This document shows, piece after piece, positions 1 through 8,844 of a stretch of DNA of 18,332 nt (the first letter of the stretch is position 1; each line of letters opens with the position of its first letter). Location of the stretch: NCBI GenBank assembly GCA_023441255.1, contig JAEZPW010000356.1:1-18332 (forward strand), read 5' to 3'. This DNA comes from Acidobacteriota bacterium (GTDB lineage: Bacteria > Acidobacteriota > Terriglobia > Terriglobales > Acidobacteriaceae). A model generated the notes under the pieces. That model was not told the DNA's origin and did no database searches. It saw nothing but the letters and a program-made list of their open reading frames with translations. The position numbers were made by a program, and so were the translations under genes.

Positions 1-3000
1 AGCACCTGGCGGCCATTGACATAGACTTCGGCGTCAAAATCTCCTGTCATTTCGCCGCTCTGCTTAAGGAAGTCGGTGAGACCGAAGATGACCATGGCAG
101 TCTGCTTGGTGGAATCCCACCAGAATCCCTGGTTGCGATGGGTCACCAGGTACTGGACTGCTTTTGGCAGCAGCGGACTTTGCGGGTGTTCGGCGGTCAG
201 CAGCTTCAGCGCAAGTGCTGTCGATTCGACTGTCGTATCTGAGCTGAAGTCCAGTAGCCAGTCGTGGTCGGAGGGCCACCACGCCTGCATTTCATCCTGT
301 TTGACCGTGCGCTCGAGTTCAGAGGCGAGATCGCCAGAGCGGCCATCGTTCATTTTTCGGAACGCCAACCCGAGAACGGCCAAGCCGAAGGGAGAAAGTC
401 CGTCGCGGCGTTTCCATGCCATCTCGGCGACCTCTTTGTCGCCCTCGCCGGACACGGCCAGCGCATACGCCGCATAAGCCTTCATATCGGGATAGAGTTT
501 CGCATCGTTATTGATAGCCGTGGCGAGCCACTCGCGGGCTTTGGGCAAAGCCTGGTAGCCAACGTCATACCCGGCATCGCGCGCCTGGCCGAGGCCCTGC
601 ACTACGTAGGCGGTCATGAATACGTTGTCGTCGTCGGTCTTCCACCAGCCCCACGCGCCATCCTCGTGCTGGTACGAATACAAGCGATCGAGTCCTGCCC
701 TTACCTTGCGGTCCAGGTCTTGCGGCTTGATGTTCGATTGCGTGCCGAGTTGCTTGATAGCCTGCGCCACGATCACGTTGGGCAGGAAGCTCGACATCGT
801 CTGTTCCGTACAGCCGTACGGGTATGTGGTCAGGTAGTCGAGCGCGCTGAAGATCGTGCCTGCAACCGAAGGGGTGAGTTCGATCTGCAGCGAACGCGAA
901 CCCGGTTGAGCGGAACCGGGGAACGCGAGTTCTACCTGTTTTTCGCCGCCGCCCGCAATAAAGCCGGTCCGCGAATCGCCCAGCTTCACGCCAAATGGCT
1001 CGACCGGAAGCGTCAGTTCCATCGCGTCAGATTCCTGGTCGGTGAGCGCCTTCCCGAGAACCCGCGCTTCCGTGCCGTCGAGAACGCGCACGCGCCAGTC
1101 CACTTTCGCGTCCGACCCTTTCGGCACGGTGATATCGCGAGTCGCACCATCAAGCACCTGCACTCCGCTGAATTCCATCGAGACTCGCGCGGCCTTGTCG
1201 CCGGGGAGGTAGTTGTGAACGATGGTTGAAACGACGACGTCATCGCCCTGGCGGAAGAACCGCGGCACCACGAGGCGCACGAGTACGTTCTTGCGCACGA
1301 TGACCTTGCTTGTGGCAGCGCCGACCTTGGTATCGGTGGTGATGCCGCGGGCCGTCGCCCGCCATGTTGTGAGCGAATCGGGGAACTCGAACTGGACCTG
1401 CGCTTCGCCGGCTGCATTTGTACTGACCTCCGCCTTCCAAAAGGCCGTATCAGGAAACGCTTTGCGTACTTTCGGCTGCACCAGTCGCTCGGGCTTGAGC
1501 TGGGCCAGAGCTTTCGTCGGGCGCACCTGGGCCAGTTGCATCGCCTTCTTGCCTGCTTCTCCGCTGAAGTAATAAGTGAGTGACGTGGAGGTTCCAACCT
1601 CGTCGTAGACCTCTCCGTAGAAATCCGTCGTGATGTTCGGAGTCGAGTCCGGGCGAATATCGTAGATGGCCTCGTCGACCACGCCGACGCTGAACTCGGC
1701 CTGCGCCGGTCTCCCCGCGCTGTCGCGCGCGATTAGCTTGAACGTCGCGGGACTGCCGGGCTGGAACTGCGGCTGCGTCGGTTTCAGTTCCACATTGAGT
1801 GCGGCGTCTGTTGCAGGAACTTTGAGTTTCTTGCGCCCGGAGAACAGTTTCCCGTCTTGGATGTAGGTGGCGTTGATCCAGACGTTCGGAGCGTATTCGC
1901 GCCGGACGGGTATATCGACGGCGACGGCGTTGCCGCTGTTGAGGGCGATCTGGTACTGATAGAGGTACAAACCTTCGACCGTTACCAGGACGTGAGACGC
2001 GCCTTCAGGAACGGTCACGATCGTCCGTGCCGTATCGCCCGGCTTGTATTCCTTTTTGTCCGTCACGATCTGGAGTTTTTCGCGTTTGTTTCCGCGCGCC
2101 CACCACGGCGTGCTGCCGGGTACCCACAGGTACGCGGAATCCTCCACCTGCCGGCTTTCACGCGTCTGCGCAGATACCCGCACGCGGAACTCGCCCGCCT
2201 GCGGAACTCGGAAGCTCACCTGTGCATTTCCGGCGGCATCCGTGCGTCCCGACGTGGAGGAAACTGCCTCTGAAAATTTCTTGCCCTGGTTATCCCAGGC
2301 CATCAGTTCGGCCCGGAAGTCGGTCTGCACCGGGTGCGAGTCGTAATCACGTGCCATGACCGACACCTTCGCATCTGCTCCGGCCTGGTAGACGTAGGAG
2401 TCCGGTTGTGCCGAAACGAAGAAACTGCCGTAGGTCGCGAAGGCGTAGCCCGCGCCTGAAATCTCGCGGTTCCCCTCGTCGGTCACGCGCGCCTCGACGC
2501 GGTAACGCAGGTCGTTGTGCTCGGAGTCGGGCGAAGTCGGAATCGTAATCGTCAGTTTTCCGTCCGCATCGAGCGTCGCCGTGTGTTCATCGGTCTCCTC
2601 GCCAGCGTAGTCGTTGTAGCCGTTCCCCTCGCCACCCGCATCGGTATCGATCTCGGGCACGTCCTCGTCATCGCCCGCGTAGCGACCCGGCGCCCACCAT
2701 TGACTCTTGTGTACCACCCAGACCACTTTGGCGCGCGCCACCGGTTCTCCGAAGAAATACCGTGCCTCGATTGTGGCCTGGATCGGCTGGCCCTGCAGCA
2801 CGCGGGGTGTCGCGGGCGTGACCCTCACCTGGTACTCAGGCTTCTTGTACTCTTCGACGCCGAAGCTCGTCGAGGCGAGAAAGTTGTCGTCCATTTTCGC
2901 GTCGACGGACCAGTCGCCCAGCGCAGCATCCGCAGGAATATTGAAATCGCCGTGCACCGTGCCATTCGAGTTGACGGCAAACTCCTGGGATAGCTTGACC

Positions 3001-4013
3001 TCGCCCTTAGCGTCGTTGATTTCGAGGCGGATGGTGCCACTGGAGGGAATCACCCAGCCCTCACGACCCCGCGCCCGCAGCAAGAACTTGAAATGCACCT
3101 GGTCGCCAGGCCGATAGATCGGTCGCTCCGTGTATCCGTAGGCGTGTATGCGTGTAGCCTCACGGTTGCCGAGAGTCCAGGAATTGAGGGCGTTCGCGGC
3201 AAAGCGTTTGCCGTCGAGGGCGAGGACGGTCACCGAGTCGGGCTTCTCCACCTTGGCTTCTTGCAGCGCCAGACCGTTGCTGTCGGTCTTCGAACCGGCG
3301 AGTTGTTCGCCGTCAACCCAGAGGAGCACGTCAGCATTTGCGATCGGCTTGCCTGACTTCCGCTCCACCACGTAACTGAGCACCTGCTGGCTCGAAGTCT
3401 TGGTAATGACGGCAATCTCGCTGACGATCACCACCGTATAGGCGCGGAGCGTGCCGGTCGTCGCTTCCACCAGGTAGACGCCCGCACCTTTGACCGGGAT
3501 AGTTGCGGTCTGCGACTGCCACGGCTGCCTGTCTTTTGCCGGAGACCAGTTCCACACCGCCACCAGTTGTTGCGGGTTGAGAATCGGCACCGGGGCGAAA
3601 CTCTCGACCTTGCTGACGCTTTGGACTTGCCGCTCCTGCCGCCACTCGCGGATCTCAGATCGCACGCCGGGGCTGAACTGCTCGCGGAAGAAGTCGCGCA
3701 CCGAGGCAAACGTGCGATGTTTCCAGCCATGGAACTTTTCAAGGAAAGTGCGTTCGCGGCCTGTGCGCGGGCCCACTCCGCCGAAGTTGTGCTGATCCTT
3801 TAGCAGCGCGAAGAACTTCACCGGATCGTTGATGCGATAAAGGCGGAATTCCAGTTTGTCGACGTTGTGCGCCCATACTGACACCTCGGCCTTTTCGCCG
3901 GGCGCATAGGTCGCGCTGCTGTTCAGCGTGAACGACGGTTCGTTTTCGTCGGCCAATGTAGGCACGGCAACACACAGCATGAGCAACAGTGCAACAGCCA
4001 GTTTGCTTCGCAT
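1..4013 (-). CDS. Alpha-2-macroglobulin-like family protein (bacterial A2M), partial, C-terminus beyond left edge
   Basis: Not in the supplied track, but reading the minus strand from ATG at 4013-4011 gives MRSKLAVALLLMLCVAVPTLADENEPSFTLNSSATYAPGEKAEVSVWAHNVDKLEFRLYRINDPVKFF..., a signal peptide followed by macroglobulin-type repeats. The same frame contains YPYGCTEQTMSSFLPN (thioester CxEQ motif, Cys codon at 812-810, about residue 1068), then an alpha-toroid-like stretch (GLDRLYSYQHEDGAWGWWKTDDDNVFMTAYVVQGL). Confidence 0.93.
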   Translation of the reverse strand, partial: MRSKLAVALLLMLCVAVPTLADENEPSFTLNSSATYAPGEKAEVSVWAHNVDKLEFRLYRINDPVKFFALLKDQHNFGGVGPRTGRERTFLEKFHGWKHRTFASVRDFFREQFSPGVRSEIREWRQERQVQSVSKVESFAPVPILNPQQLVAVWNWSPAKDRQPWQSQTATIPVKGAGVYLVEATTGTLRAYTVVIVSEIAVITKTSSQQVLSYVVERKSGKPIANADVLLWVDGEQLAGSKTDSNGLALQEAKVEKPDSVTVLALDGKRFAANALNSWTLGNREATRIHAYGYTERPIYRPGDQVHFKFLLRARGREGWVIPSSGTIRLEINDAKGEVKLSQEFAVNSNGTVHGDFNIPADAALGDWSVDAKMDDNFLASTSFGVEEYKKPEYQVRVTPATPRVLQGQPIQATIEARYFFGEPVARAKVVWVVHKSQWWAPGRYAGDDEDVPEIDTDAGGEGNGYNDYAGEETDEHTATLDADGKLTITIPTSPDSEHNDLRYRVEARVTDEGNREISGAGYAFATYGSFFVSAQPDSYVYQAGADAKVSVMARDYDSHPVQTDFRAELMAWDNQGKKFSEAVSSTSGRTDAAGNAQVSFRVPQAGEFRVRVSAQTRESRQVEDSAYLWVPGSTPWWARGNKREKLQIVTDKKEYKPGDTARTIVTVPEGASHVLVTVEGLYLYQYQIALNSGNAVAVDIPVRREYAPNVWINATYIQDGKLFSGRKKLKVPATDAALNVELKPTQPQFQPGSPATFKLIARDSAGRPAQAEFSVGVVDEAIYDIRPDSTPNITTDFYGEVYDEVGTSTSLTYYFSGEAGKKAMQLAQVRPTKALAQLKPERLVQPKVRKAFPDTAFWKAEVSTNAAGEAQVQFEFPDSLTTWRATARGITTDTKVGAATSKVIVRKNVLVRLVVPRFFRQGDDVVVSTIVHNYLPGDKAARVSMEFSGVQVLDGATRDITVPKGSDAKVDWRVRVLDGTEARVLGKALTDQESDAMELTLPVEPFGVKLGDSRTGFIAGGGEKQVELAFPGSAQPGSRSLQIELTPSVAGTIFSALDYLTTYPYGCTEQTMSSFLPNVIVAQAIKQLGTQSNIKPQDLDRKVRAGLDRLYSYQHEDGAWGWWKTDDDNVFMTAYVVQGLGQARDAGYDVGYQALPKAREWLATAINNDAKLYPDMKAYAAYALAVSGEGDKEVAEMAWKRRDGLSPFGLAVLGLAFRKMNDGRSGDLASELERTVKQDEMQAWWPSDHDWLLDFSSDTTVESTALALKLLTAEHPQSPLLPKAVQYLVTHRNQGFWWDSTKQTAMVIFGLTDFLKQSGEMTGDFDAEVYVNGRQV

Positions 4014-5092
4014 CAGTTCGATCCCCGCAGAATGTTCCAGCGGTAAACTCCCAGGAACGCGCGGTTTTCCGGCAAGGGACGCCAGCGCGCGTCGGGAAAA
4101 TGCATGAGTTGCTGCAAAGTCGTACGTCTGACCTCGCCCGGTCCGCCTTCGATCGGACCGGTGTGATACACCGCCAGGGGCTCGGCGCTACCGTCGAGCG
4201 AACTGCGTTCCAGGTACACCATGGCGTGAAATGGGGAGCGCTGCGAGTCCTGCCTGAAAAAGAGCACGTCGCCGCTCCGCGCGTCGCTGAGGCGGCGCGA
4301 AACCAGATACATGTTGAAGAGGCGCAGGTTCTTTGCGTCGGCGAACTCGGCGAAGGCGTCGCCGCGCAGGTCTTCTGGCACGAATGGTCCCGGCCGCGTT
4401 CTGAACAGCGCCGCTCCCAGCGGAGTATGCGGATACTGGTATTGTCGAACGTCGGGCACGCCAGGCAGACGCGGCAACCACTGCGCCGCCGCCCAGGAAG
4501 TATGGTGGTCGCGCAGTGCTTCGCGATAGGCGAATCGTACCAGCGAAGCACAGTCGGTTACTTCGGGCGCGAATTTCGGTTGCATGAAGAACTGGGATTC
4601 GGCAAGAAACGCGAACCAGCGCCGAAAAGAATCGGCATCCGATGGGTCATCGAGCCGCAGAAAGTCCGGAGTGCCATCAGAGTAGTAATCCGAGGTGCTG
4701 GGAGTGAGCTGAACCGTGACCTGCCGCGTGATTTTACCGGTTGTGAAGCGAACACGCGCTTCTCCCGGAAGCACGCCGGCGCGCAGGCGCACGGAAATGT
4801 GGCCATCCTGCCGTTCCACGGCTTCCACCCGCAGTCGCCACAAATCCGAGGAGCTTACGTTCAGCGTGGCGAGGTCGGCGCTTCGTCCACGCACCTCGGC
4901 CAGCGCCGTAGACGAACCGTCAGCTTCGATCGCAGAGGGGTTGAGAGATACCGACAGGCTCTGATGGTGACCAGAGAACGCAAGTGCAACCGCCAAGGCG
5001 GCTATGCACGGCGTGACGACCGCAATCAGCTTGATCTGCGGGCAACGCAATTGAACGGGAGTCCTCGCGCGAGGATTGTAGCTCCCGCTCAA
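4013..5092 (-). CDS. DUF1175 (YfaT-like) family protein encoded upstream of A2M
   Basis: 359-aa ORF: hydrophobic N-terminus, Ig-like/invasin-like segment, then FVRFAYREALRDHHTSWAAAQWLPRLP...DVLFFRQDSQRSPFHAMVYL...VYHTGPIEGGPGEVRR. Its TGA overlaps the A2M ATG (ATGA at 4014-4011). The start codon is uncertain: the track Met at 5092 is TTG. Confidence 0.8.
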   Translation of the reverse strand: MSGSYNPRARTPVQLRCPQIKLIAVVTPCIAALAVALAFSGHHQSLSVSLNPSAIEADGSSTALAEVRGRSADLATLNVSSSDLWRLRVEAVERQDGHISVRLRAGVLPGEARVRFTTGKITRQVTVQLTPSTSDYYSDGTPDFLRLDDPSDADSFRRWFAFLAESQFFMQPKFAPEVTDCASLVRFAYREALRDHHTSWAAAQWLPRLPGVPDVRQYQYPHTPLGAALFRTRPGPFVPEDLRGDAFAEFADAKNLRLFNMYLVSRRLSDARSGDVLFFRQDSQRSPFHAMVYLERSSLDGSAEPLAVYHTGPIEGGPGEVRRTTLQQLMHFPDARWRPLPENRAFLGVYRWNILRGSN

Positions 5093-5130
5093 GTGTGCGG
5101 CAACGGGAACCTTTTCTTATTGTGCGACGA

Positions 5131-5168
5131 AAACAAAAATGGCCGGCGCGTTCGCTGCCGCCGGCCAT
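5131..5168 (-). terminator. Rho-independent terminator of the S41 protease-like gene
   Basis: On the minus strand, ATGGCCGGCG...CGCCGGCCAT forms a perfect 10-bp stem followed by TTTTTGTTTT, just downstream of the stop of the 5190-6446 gene. Confidence 0.85.
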
Positions 5169-5189
5169 GGACTCAAATGTTATCTTCGA

Positions 5190-6446
5190 TCACTTCGCCG
5201 TCGCCGCCGCTGCGTTGCCCGCATCAGCGCGTTGCGCGTTGTTCTTGAGCACCTGGATCGCGCGGTTGAGCTGCTGGTCCGGTCCCTTCCTGGGTTCCTT
5301 CTTCAGCGGTTCGTTAGTGTTCGAATCCTGGTCCTCGTCGGGCAGGATGAAGTCGTCATCGTTATCAGCCACCAGGATGTTCGGCGTGACCGCCGTGTCT
5401 TGAATGGCCTTCCCCCTCGGCGAGTAATATTTCGCAACTGACAGCATCAGCGCAGAGCCGTCCGGCAGCTCGATCACTTTCTGGATCGAACCAACGCCGA
5501 AGGTTTTGTCGCCAAGCACGTCGCCACGTGCATTCTCAAGGACGGCCGAAGCCACGATCTCAGCTGGTCCTGCAGTTCCGCGATTCACTAGCACCACAAC
5601 CGGCAAAGTCGTGATCGCCTTCGACGGATCGGCATTGAAGTTCTCGCGCGGAAATTTCTGCCCCTGCAAATAGGCTATGGTCCCGTGGTTCAGGAACAGG
5701 TTGGCCGTCGCGACACCCTCGGACTCCTCGCCCAGCGCCGCGTCGCGCAGGTCGAGTACGAGTTTCTTCACGCCAGACTTCTGCAGGTTCTTGATCTTGC
5801 TTGCGATCTCCTGCGATTTCCCCTTCGGGAATGCATCGACCTTCAGATAGCCAATGTCTCCCTCGATCACTTCGGTGCTCACCGGCGGCACCTGCACACG
5901 GTCGCGCGTGATCACCACCTTCGACGGCTCAGCCCGCCGCGCCCGAACGATCGAGACGCTCACGTTCGAACCGACCTGGCCTTGCAGCGCACTATCTATC
6001 TCGGCCAGCGACATCTCGCGGGTGCTCTTGCCCTCCACGGCTTCCATGATGTCGCCGGTGTCCAGCCCGGCCTTGTCTGCCGGTCCGCCCGGCACCACTG
6101 AAATGACGGCCGCGTACCCGAATCGCTTCGAGATTGCTGCCCCGATATCGGCCTTGCCATCCGCCTTCTGCGCCTTGTACGCCTTGTATTCCTGCGGATC
6201 AAGGTAGCTGGAATTGGCGTCAAGCGACTCGAGCAGCCCATGCAAGGCGCCGGCCGTCACGTTGGGGATGTTCGGCTCCTCGACATATTCGCTGCGAATG
6301 CGCGAAAGCACTTCGCTATAGACGCCGAGTTGGCGGTACGCCCCGTCGTTATTGGTGGAAGCCTTGACGCCGAGTCCGCCGGCAATGGTGAGAGCCACGA
6401 GCGCGAACGAGACGCTCAGAATGATCGCTTTCAGAGTTTTGGACAT
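5190..6446 (-). CDS. S41 family / carboxyl-terminal processing protease-like protein with PDZ domain (catalytic residues apparently replaced)
   Basis: 418 aa: N-terminal signal/anchor, VYSEVLSRIRSEYVEEPN, PDZ segment (VISVVPGGPADKAGLDTGDIMEAVEGKSTREMS), S41 fold (KKLVLDLRDAALG..., VVVLVNRGTAGPAEIVASAVLENARGDVLGDKTFGVGSIQ). Confidence 0.88.
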   Translation of the reverse strand: MSKTLKAIILSVSFALVALTIAGGLGVKASTNNDGAYRQLGVYSEVLSRIRSEYVEEPNIPNVTAGALHGLLESLDANSSYLDPQEYKAYKAQKADGKADIGAAISKRFGYAAVISVVPGGPADKAGLDTGDIMEAVEGKSTREMSLAEIDSALQGQVGSNVSVSIVRARRAEPSKVVITRDRVQVPPVSTEVIEGDIGYLKVDAFPKGKSQEIASKIKNLQKSGVKKLVLDLRDAALGEESEGVATANLFLNHGTIAYLQGQKFPRENFNADPSKAITTLPVVVLVNRGTAGPAEIVASAVLENARGDVLGDKTFGVGSIQKVIELPDGSALMLSVAKYYSPRGKAIQDTAVTPNILVADNDDDFILPDEDQDSNTNEPLKKEPRKGPDQQLNRAIQVLKNNAQRADAGNAAAATAK

Positions 6447-6924
6447 GGAACTTCATTTCCTGGAGACGTCAGTTTCCCACCGCATTGTTACGGAACAGGA
6501 TGAACCTGACAAGTGCTCTCATTATACCCACAATCTTTGATGCATGTTGCTGACCGCAGGGCGCTAAAAGCATTTTAGAGTTTCGACCACTCGACCCGGC
6601 TGAGTTTGGAGTTCGGCCCTTGTGGCGTAGGGGCCTTCCGACCAGCCAGGGTTGCCTGAACCGCGAGACGGCGCCCAGCCTATCCTTCTATAAGAACGTT
6701 AAGCTCGGCGACCTAAACCAATTCAGCTGCTGGAACCAGTTCCTTGCTCTTCTGGACAGTTCCGACCGCTCCCGACTGCCGCAGTTGCCCGGTGTACGTA
6801 ATCAGACAACCACATCGTTAGGTTGGACGCATGTCGACGCCAAAGGACAGCAACTTCGGGTGGCGAGCCGCTTACTGCGTTGAGAACGTGCCAGACCGCA
6901 ATCCCGCAGCCGGATCATTCCCCG

Positions 6925-7045
6925 GATGGCGAGATGACGAACGGTTCGATCGCTCGATGAAGAGATGGCGAGTGGCCTGATGACGAGACGGCCCGATGGC
7001 GAGATGGCCCCGATGGCGAGTTGGCCCCGATGGCGAGATCGCCCG
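6925..7045. repeat. Degenerate tandem minisatellite, ~16-17 bp unit around GATGGCGAG
   Basis: GATGGCGAG or a one-mismatch version begins at 6925, 6964, 6979 (GATGACGAG), 6995, 7012 and 7029. The last three are spaced exactly 17 bp, with unit CCCCGATGGCGAGATGG. Confidence 0.85.
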
Positions 7046-7055
7046 ATTGCTTTTA

Positions 7056-7085
7056 TTGACACTCGTTGCGTGCGCCTCTTAGAAT
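7056..7085 (+). promoter_or_regulatory. Putative sigma70-type promoter upstream of the tRNA
   Basis: TTGACA at 7056-7061, 18-bp spacer, TAGAAT at 7080-7085. Confidence 0.6.
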
Positions 7086-7087
7086 CA

Positions 7088-7133
7088 AAGGGCTGAGCCG
7101 CGGCGTGGCATTGGCGCGCTCAGCCCTTCTTTT
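7088..7133 (+). terminator. Intrinsic-terminator-like hairpin between the putative promoter and the tRNA
   Basis: AAGGGCTGAG (7088-7097) pairs perfectly with CTCAGCCCTT (7119-7128), with further inner CGCG/CGCG pairing after a bulge, followed by CTTTT. Confidence 0.55.
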
Positions 7134-7151
7134 GTACGTCCTGTACACCGT

Positions 7152-7228
7152 GGCGGTGTAGCTCAGGTGGTTAGAGCGACGGTCTCATAATCCGTAGGTC
7201 GCTGGTTCGAGTCCAGCCGCCGCCACCA
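7152..7228 (+). tRNA. tRNA with CAT anticodon (probably elongator Met; Ile2/lysidine type not excluded)
   Basis: GGCGGTGTAGCTCAGGTGGTTAGAGCGACGGTCTCATAATCCGTAGGTCGCTGGTTCGAGTCCAGCCGCCGCCACCA: 7-bp acceptor, GCTC/GAGC D stem, ACGGT-CTCATAA-TCCGT anticodon arm, GCTGG/CCAGC T stem, CCA encoded. Confidence 0.96.
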
Positions 7229-7320
7229 ATCAAATCAACAACTTTCAGGTACCTGCCTGAGCTTTGGCGCACGATAAGACCGGTTGCGCGTCGCCTGTCT
7301 GCCGCTGTCCACGACCTGGA

Positions 7321-7743
7321 TCAGACGAACGACTTCTGGTCCACGAAGCTGCGAACGCGAGCAGCTATTTCGTCTCGCACCTTGCGAAACACTGCTCGTC
7401 GCTGCTCCTCTGTTCCGGCGGCATCAGCGGGGTCTGCAAAAGGCCAGTGCTCCCGTGCGCAGGGACCGGGGAAAATGGGGCACTGCTCCCTGGCGTTGTC
7501 GCACACCGTGATGACGAGAGCAAAGTTCTGGCTGGCGTACGTGCTCACGTCCTTTGAATGCTGCCCTGCTATGTCAATTCCCACCTCGCGCATGACAGCC
7601 ACGGCGAGCGGGTTGAGAGCTGAGGGTCTCGTTCCCGCACTGTGAGCTTCGTAAGTGTCACCGCCATACGCACGGAGAAAGCCTTCGGCCATCTGACTGC
7701 GGCACGAGTTACCCGTACACAGAAACAGAACTCTCGTCTTCAT
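7321..7743 (-). CDS. arsC: Arsenate reductase, low-molecular-weight phosphatase-like (thioredoxin-type)
   Basis: 140 aa; MKTRVLFLCTGNSCRSQMAEGFLR (CX5R loop CTGNSCR), VITVCDNAREQCPIFPG redox Cys pair, EHWPFADPADAAG; adjacent to acr3 and arsR. Confidence 0.96.
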   Translation of the reverse strand: MKTRVLFLCTGNSCRSQMAEGFLRAYGGDTYEAHSAGTRPSALNPLAVAVMREVGIDIAGQHSKDVSTYASQNFALVITVCDNAREQCPIFPGPCAREHWPFADPADAAGTEEQRRAVFRKVRDEIAARVRSFVDQKSFV

Positions 7744-7751
7744 CGTGCTCC

Positions 7752-8843
7752 TTAACGCGGGAGCGCCGAAGTGCAGACCGTCTCCACGCTGGTCGGCCCA
7801 GGGCTGGTGAAGTACTTATGCTGAAGAAAGAAGGCGACATTCACCAATCCGATCATCACAGGCACTTCCACCAAGGGGCCGATCACCGCCGCAAACGCCG
7901 CGCCGGAGTTGATGCCAAACACCGCAACAGCAACTGCAATCGCCAGCTCGAAGTTGTTCGAGGCTGCGGTAAAAGAGAGGGTCGCTGTTTTGGAGTAGTC
8001 CGCACCAAGCTTCTTGCCCATATAGAAGGAGACGAGAAACATCAGGACGAAATAGATCAGCAGCGGTATCGCTATCCGCAGCACGTCCAGTGGAAGCCGA
8101 ACGATGTACTCGCCTTTCAGCGAAAACATAATCACGATCGTGAACAGAAGGGCGATGAGCGTGAGCGGACTGACGCGGGGCACAAAGTTGCGTTCGTACC
8201 AGACTCGCCCCTTCGCTCGCACCAATGCCGTGCGTGTAAGGAATCCGGCGAGGCAAGGGACCCCAAGATATATGAATACGCTCCTGGCGATCTGGCGGAT
8301 GGAAATGTCCACAACCGCGCCTTTCAAGCCGAAATGCGCAGGCAGCACAGTGACGAACACCCAGGCATAGAGCGAGTAGAAGAAGACTTGGAACAGCGAG
8401 TTGAACGCGACCAGGCCGGCCGCATACTCAGTGTCACCCTTTGCCAGTTCGTTCCACACGATCACCATGGCGATACAGCGAGCCAGGCCGATCATGATCA
8501 ACCCGGCCATGTATTCGGGGTAGTCGCGTAGGAAGACAATCGCCAGAACAAACATCAGCACTGGACCGATGATCCAGTTTTGGACGAGTGAAAGTCCCAA
8601 CACACGTCCGTTGCGAAAGACTTCGTGTAACTCCTCGTACCTGACCTTCGTGAACGGCGGGTACATCATTACTATCAACCCGATGGCAATAGGAATCGAA
8701 GTGGTTCCTATGCTGAAGCCGTTGAGGAACGGCACGATTCCCGGCACGAGCCAGCCAGCGCCGACGCCGATGGCCATGGCTGCAAAGATCCAGGCGGTAA
8801 GGTATCGATCAACGAATCCGAGTCGGCGTGTGGTCTCGCTCAT
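7752..8843 (-). CDS. acr3: ACR3 family arsenite efflux permease
   Basis: [72 protein letters not shown]...[12 protein letters not shown]...[19 protein letters not shown]...[21 protein letters not shown]. The track ORF begins at 8924, but ATG at 8843 fits the family N-terminus. Confidence 0.96.
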   Translation of the reverse strand: MSETTRRLGFVDRYLTAWIFAAMAIGVGAGWLVPGIVPFLNGFSIGTTSIPIAIGLIVMMYPPFTKVRYEELHEVFRNGRVLGLSLVQNWIIGPVLMFVLAIVFLRDYPEYMAGLIMIGLARCIAMVIVWNELAKGDTEYAAGLVAFNSLFQVFFYSLYAWVFVTVLPAHFGLKGAVVDISIRQIARSVFIYLGVPCLAGFLTRTALVRAKGRVWYERNFVPRVSPLTLIALLFTIVIMFSLKGEYIVRLPLDVLRIAIPLLIYFVLMFLVSFYMGKKLGADYSKTATLSFTAASNNFELAIAVAVAVFGINSGAAFAAVIGPLVEVPVMIGLVNVAFFLQHKYFTSPGPTSVETVCTSALPR

Positions 8844-8844
8844 A

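Noticed and set aside
264-3356. Plus-strand ORFs at 264-1229, 1857-2273, 2517-2993 and 2707-3117
   Set aside because: All lie antisense to the continuous A2M reading frame and have biased composition typical of shadow ORFs.
3989-5248. 419-aa plus-strand ORF antisense to the DUF1175 gene
   Set aside because: Arg/His/Pro-rich low-quality composition and no recognisable domain. The opposite strand codes for a coherent family protein overlapping the A2M start, so this is a high-GC shadow ORF.
6925-7045. CRISPR array
   Set aside because: The period is only 16-17 bp with no unique spacers of 25-40 bp, and there are no cas genes.
6802-7062. 86-aa minus-strand ORF across the GATGGCGAG repeats
   Set aside because: The repetitive peptide (LAIG/LAIR-type) comes from the minisatellite; no other coding evidence.
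7245-7260. CAGGTACCTG palindrome just after the tRNA
   Set aside because: A short 10-bp palindrome without T-tract, second copy or attachment-site context; likely chance.
7816-8531. ORFs on the plus strand and other frames inside acr3 (7818-8531, 8104-8370, 7816-8256)
   Set aside because: Shadow or alternative frames of a clearly coding ACR3 gene.
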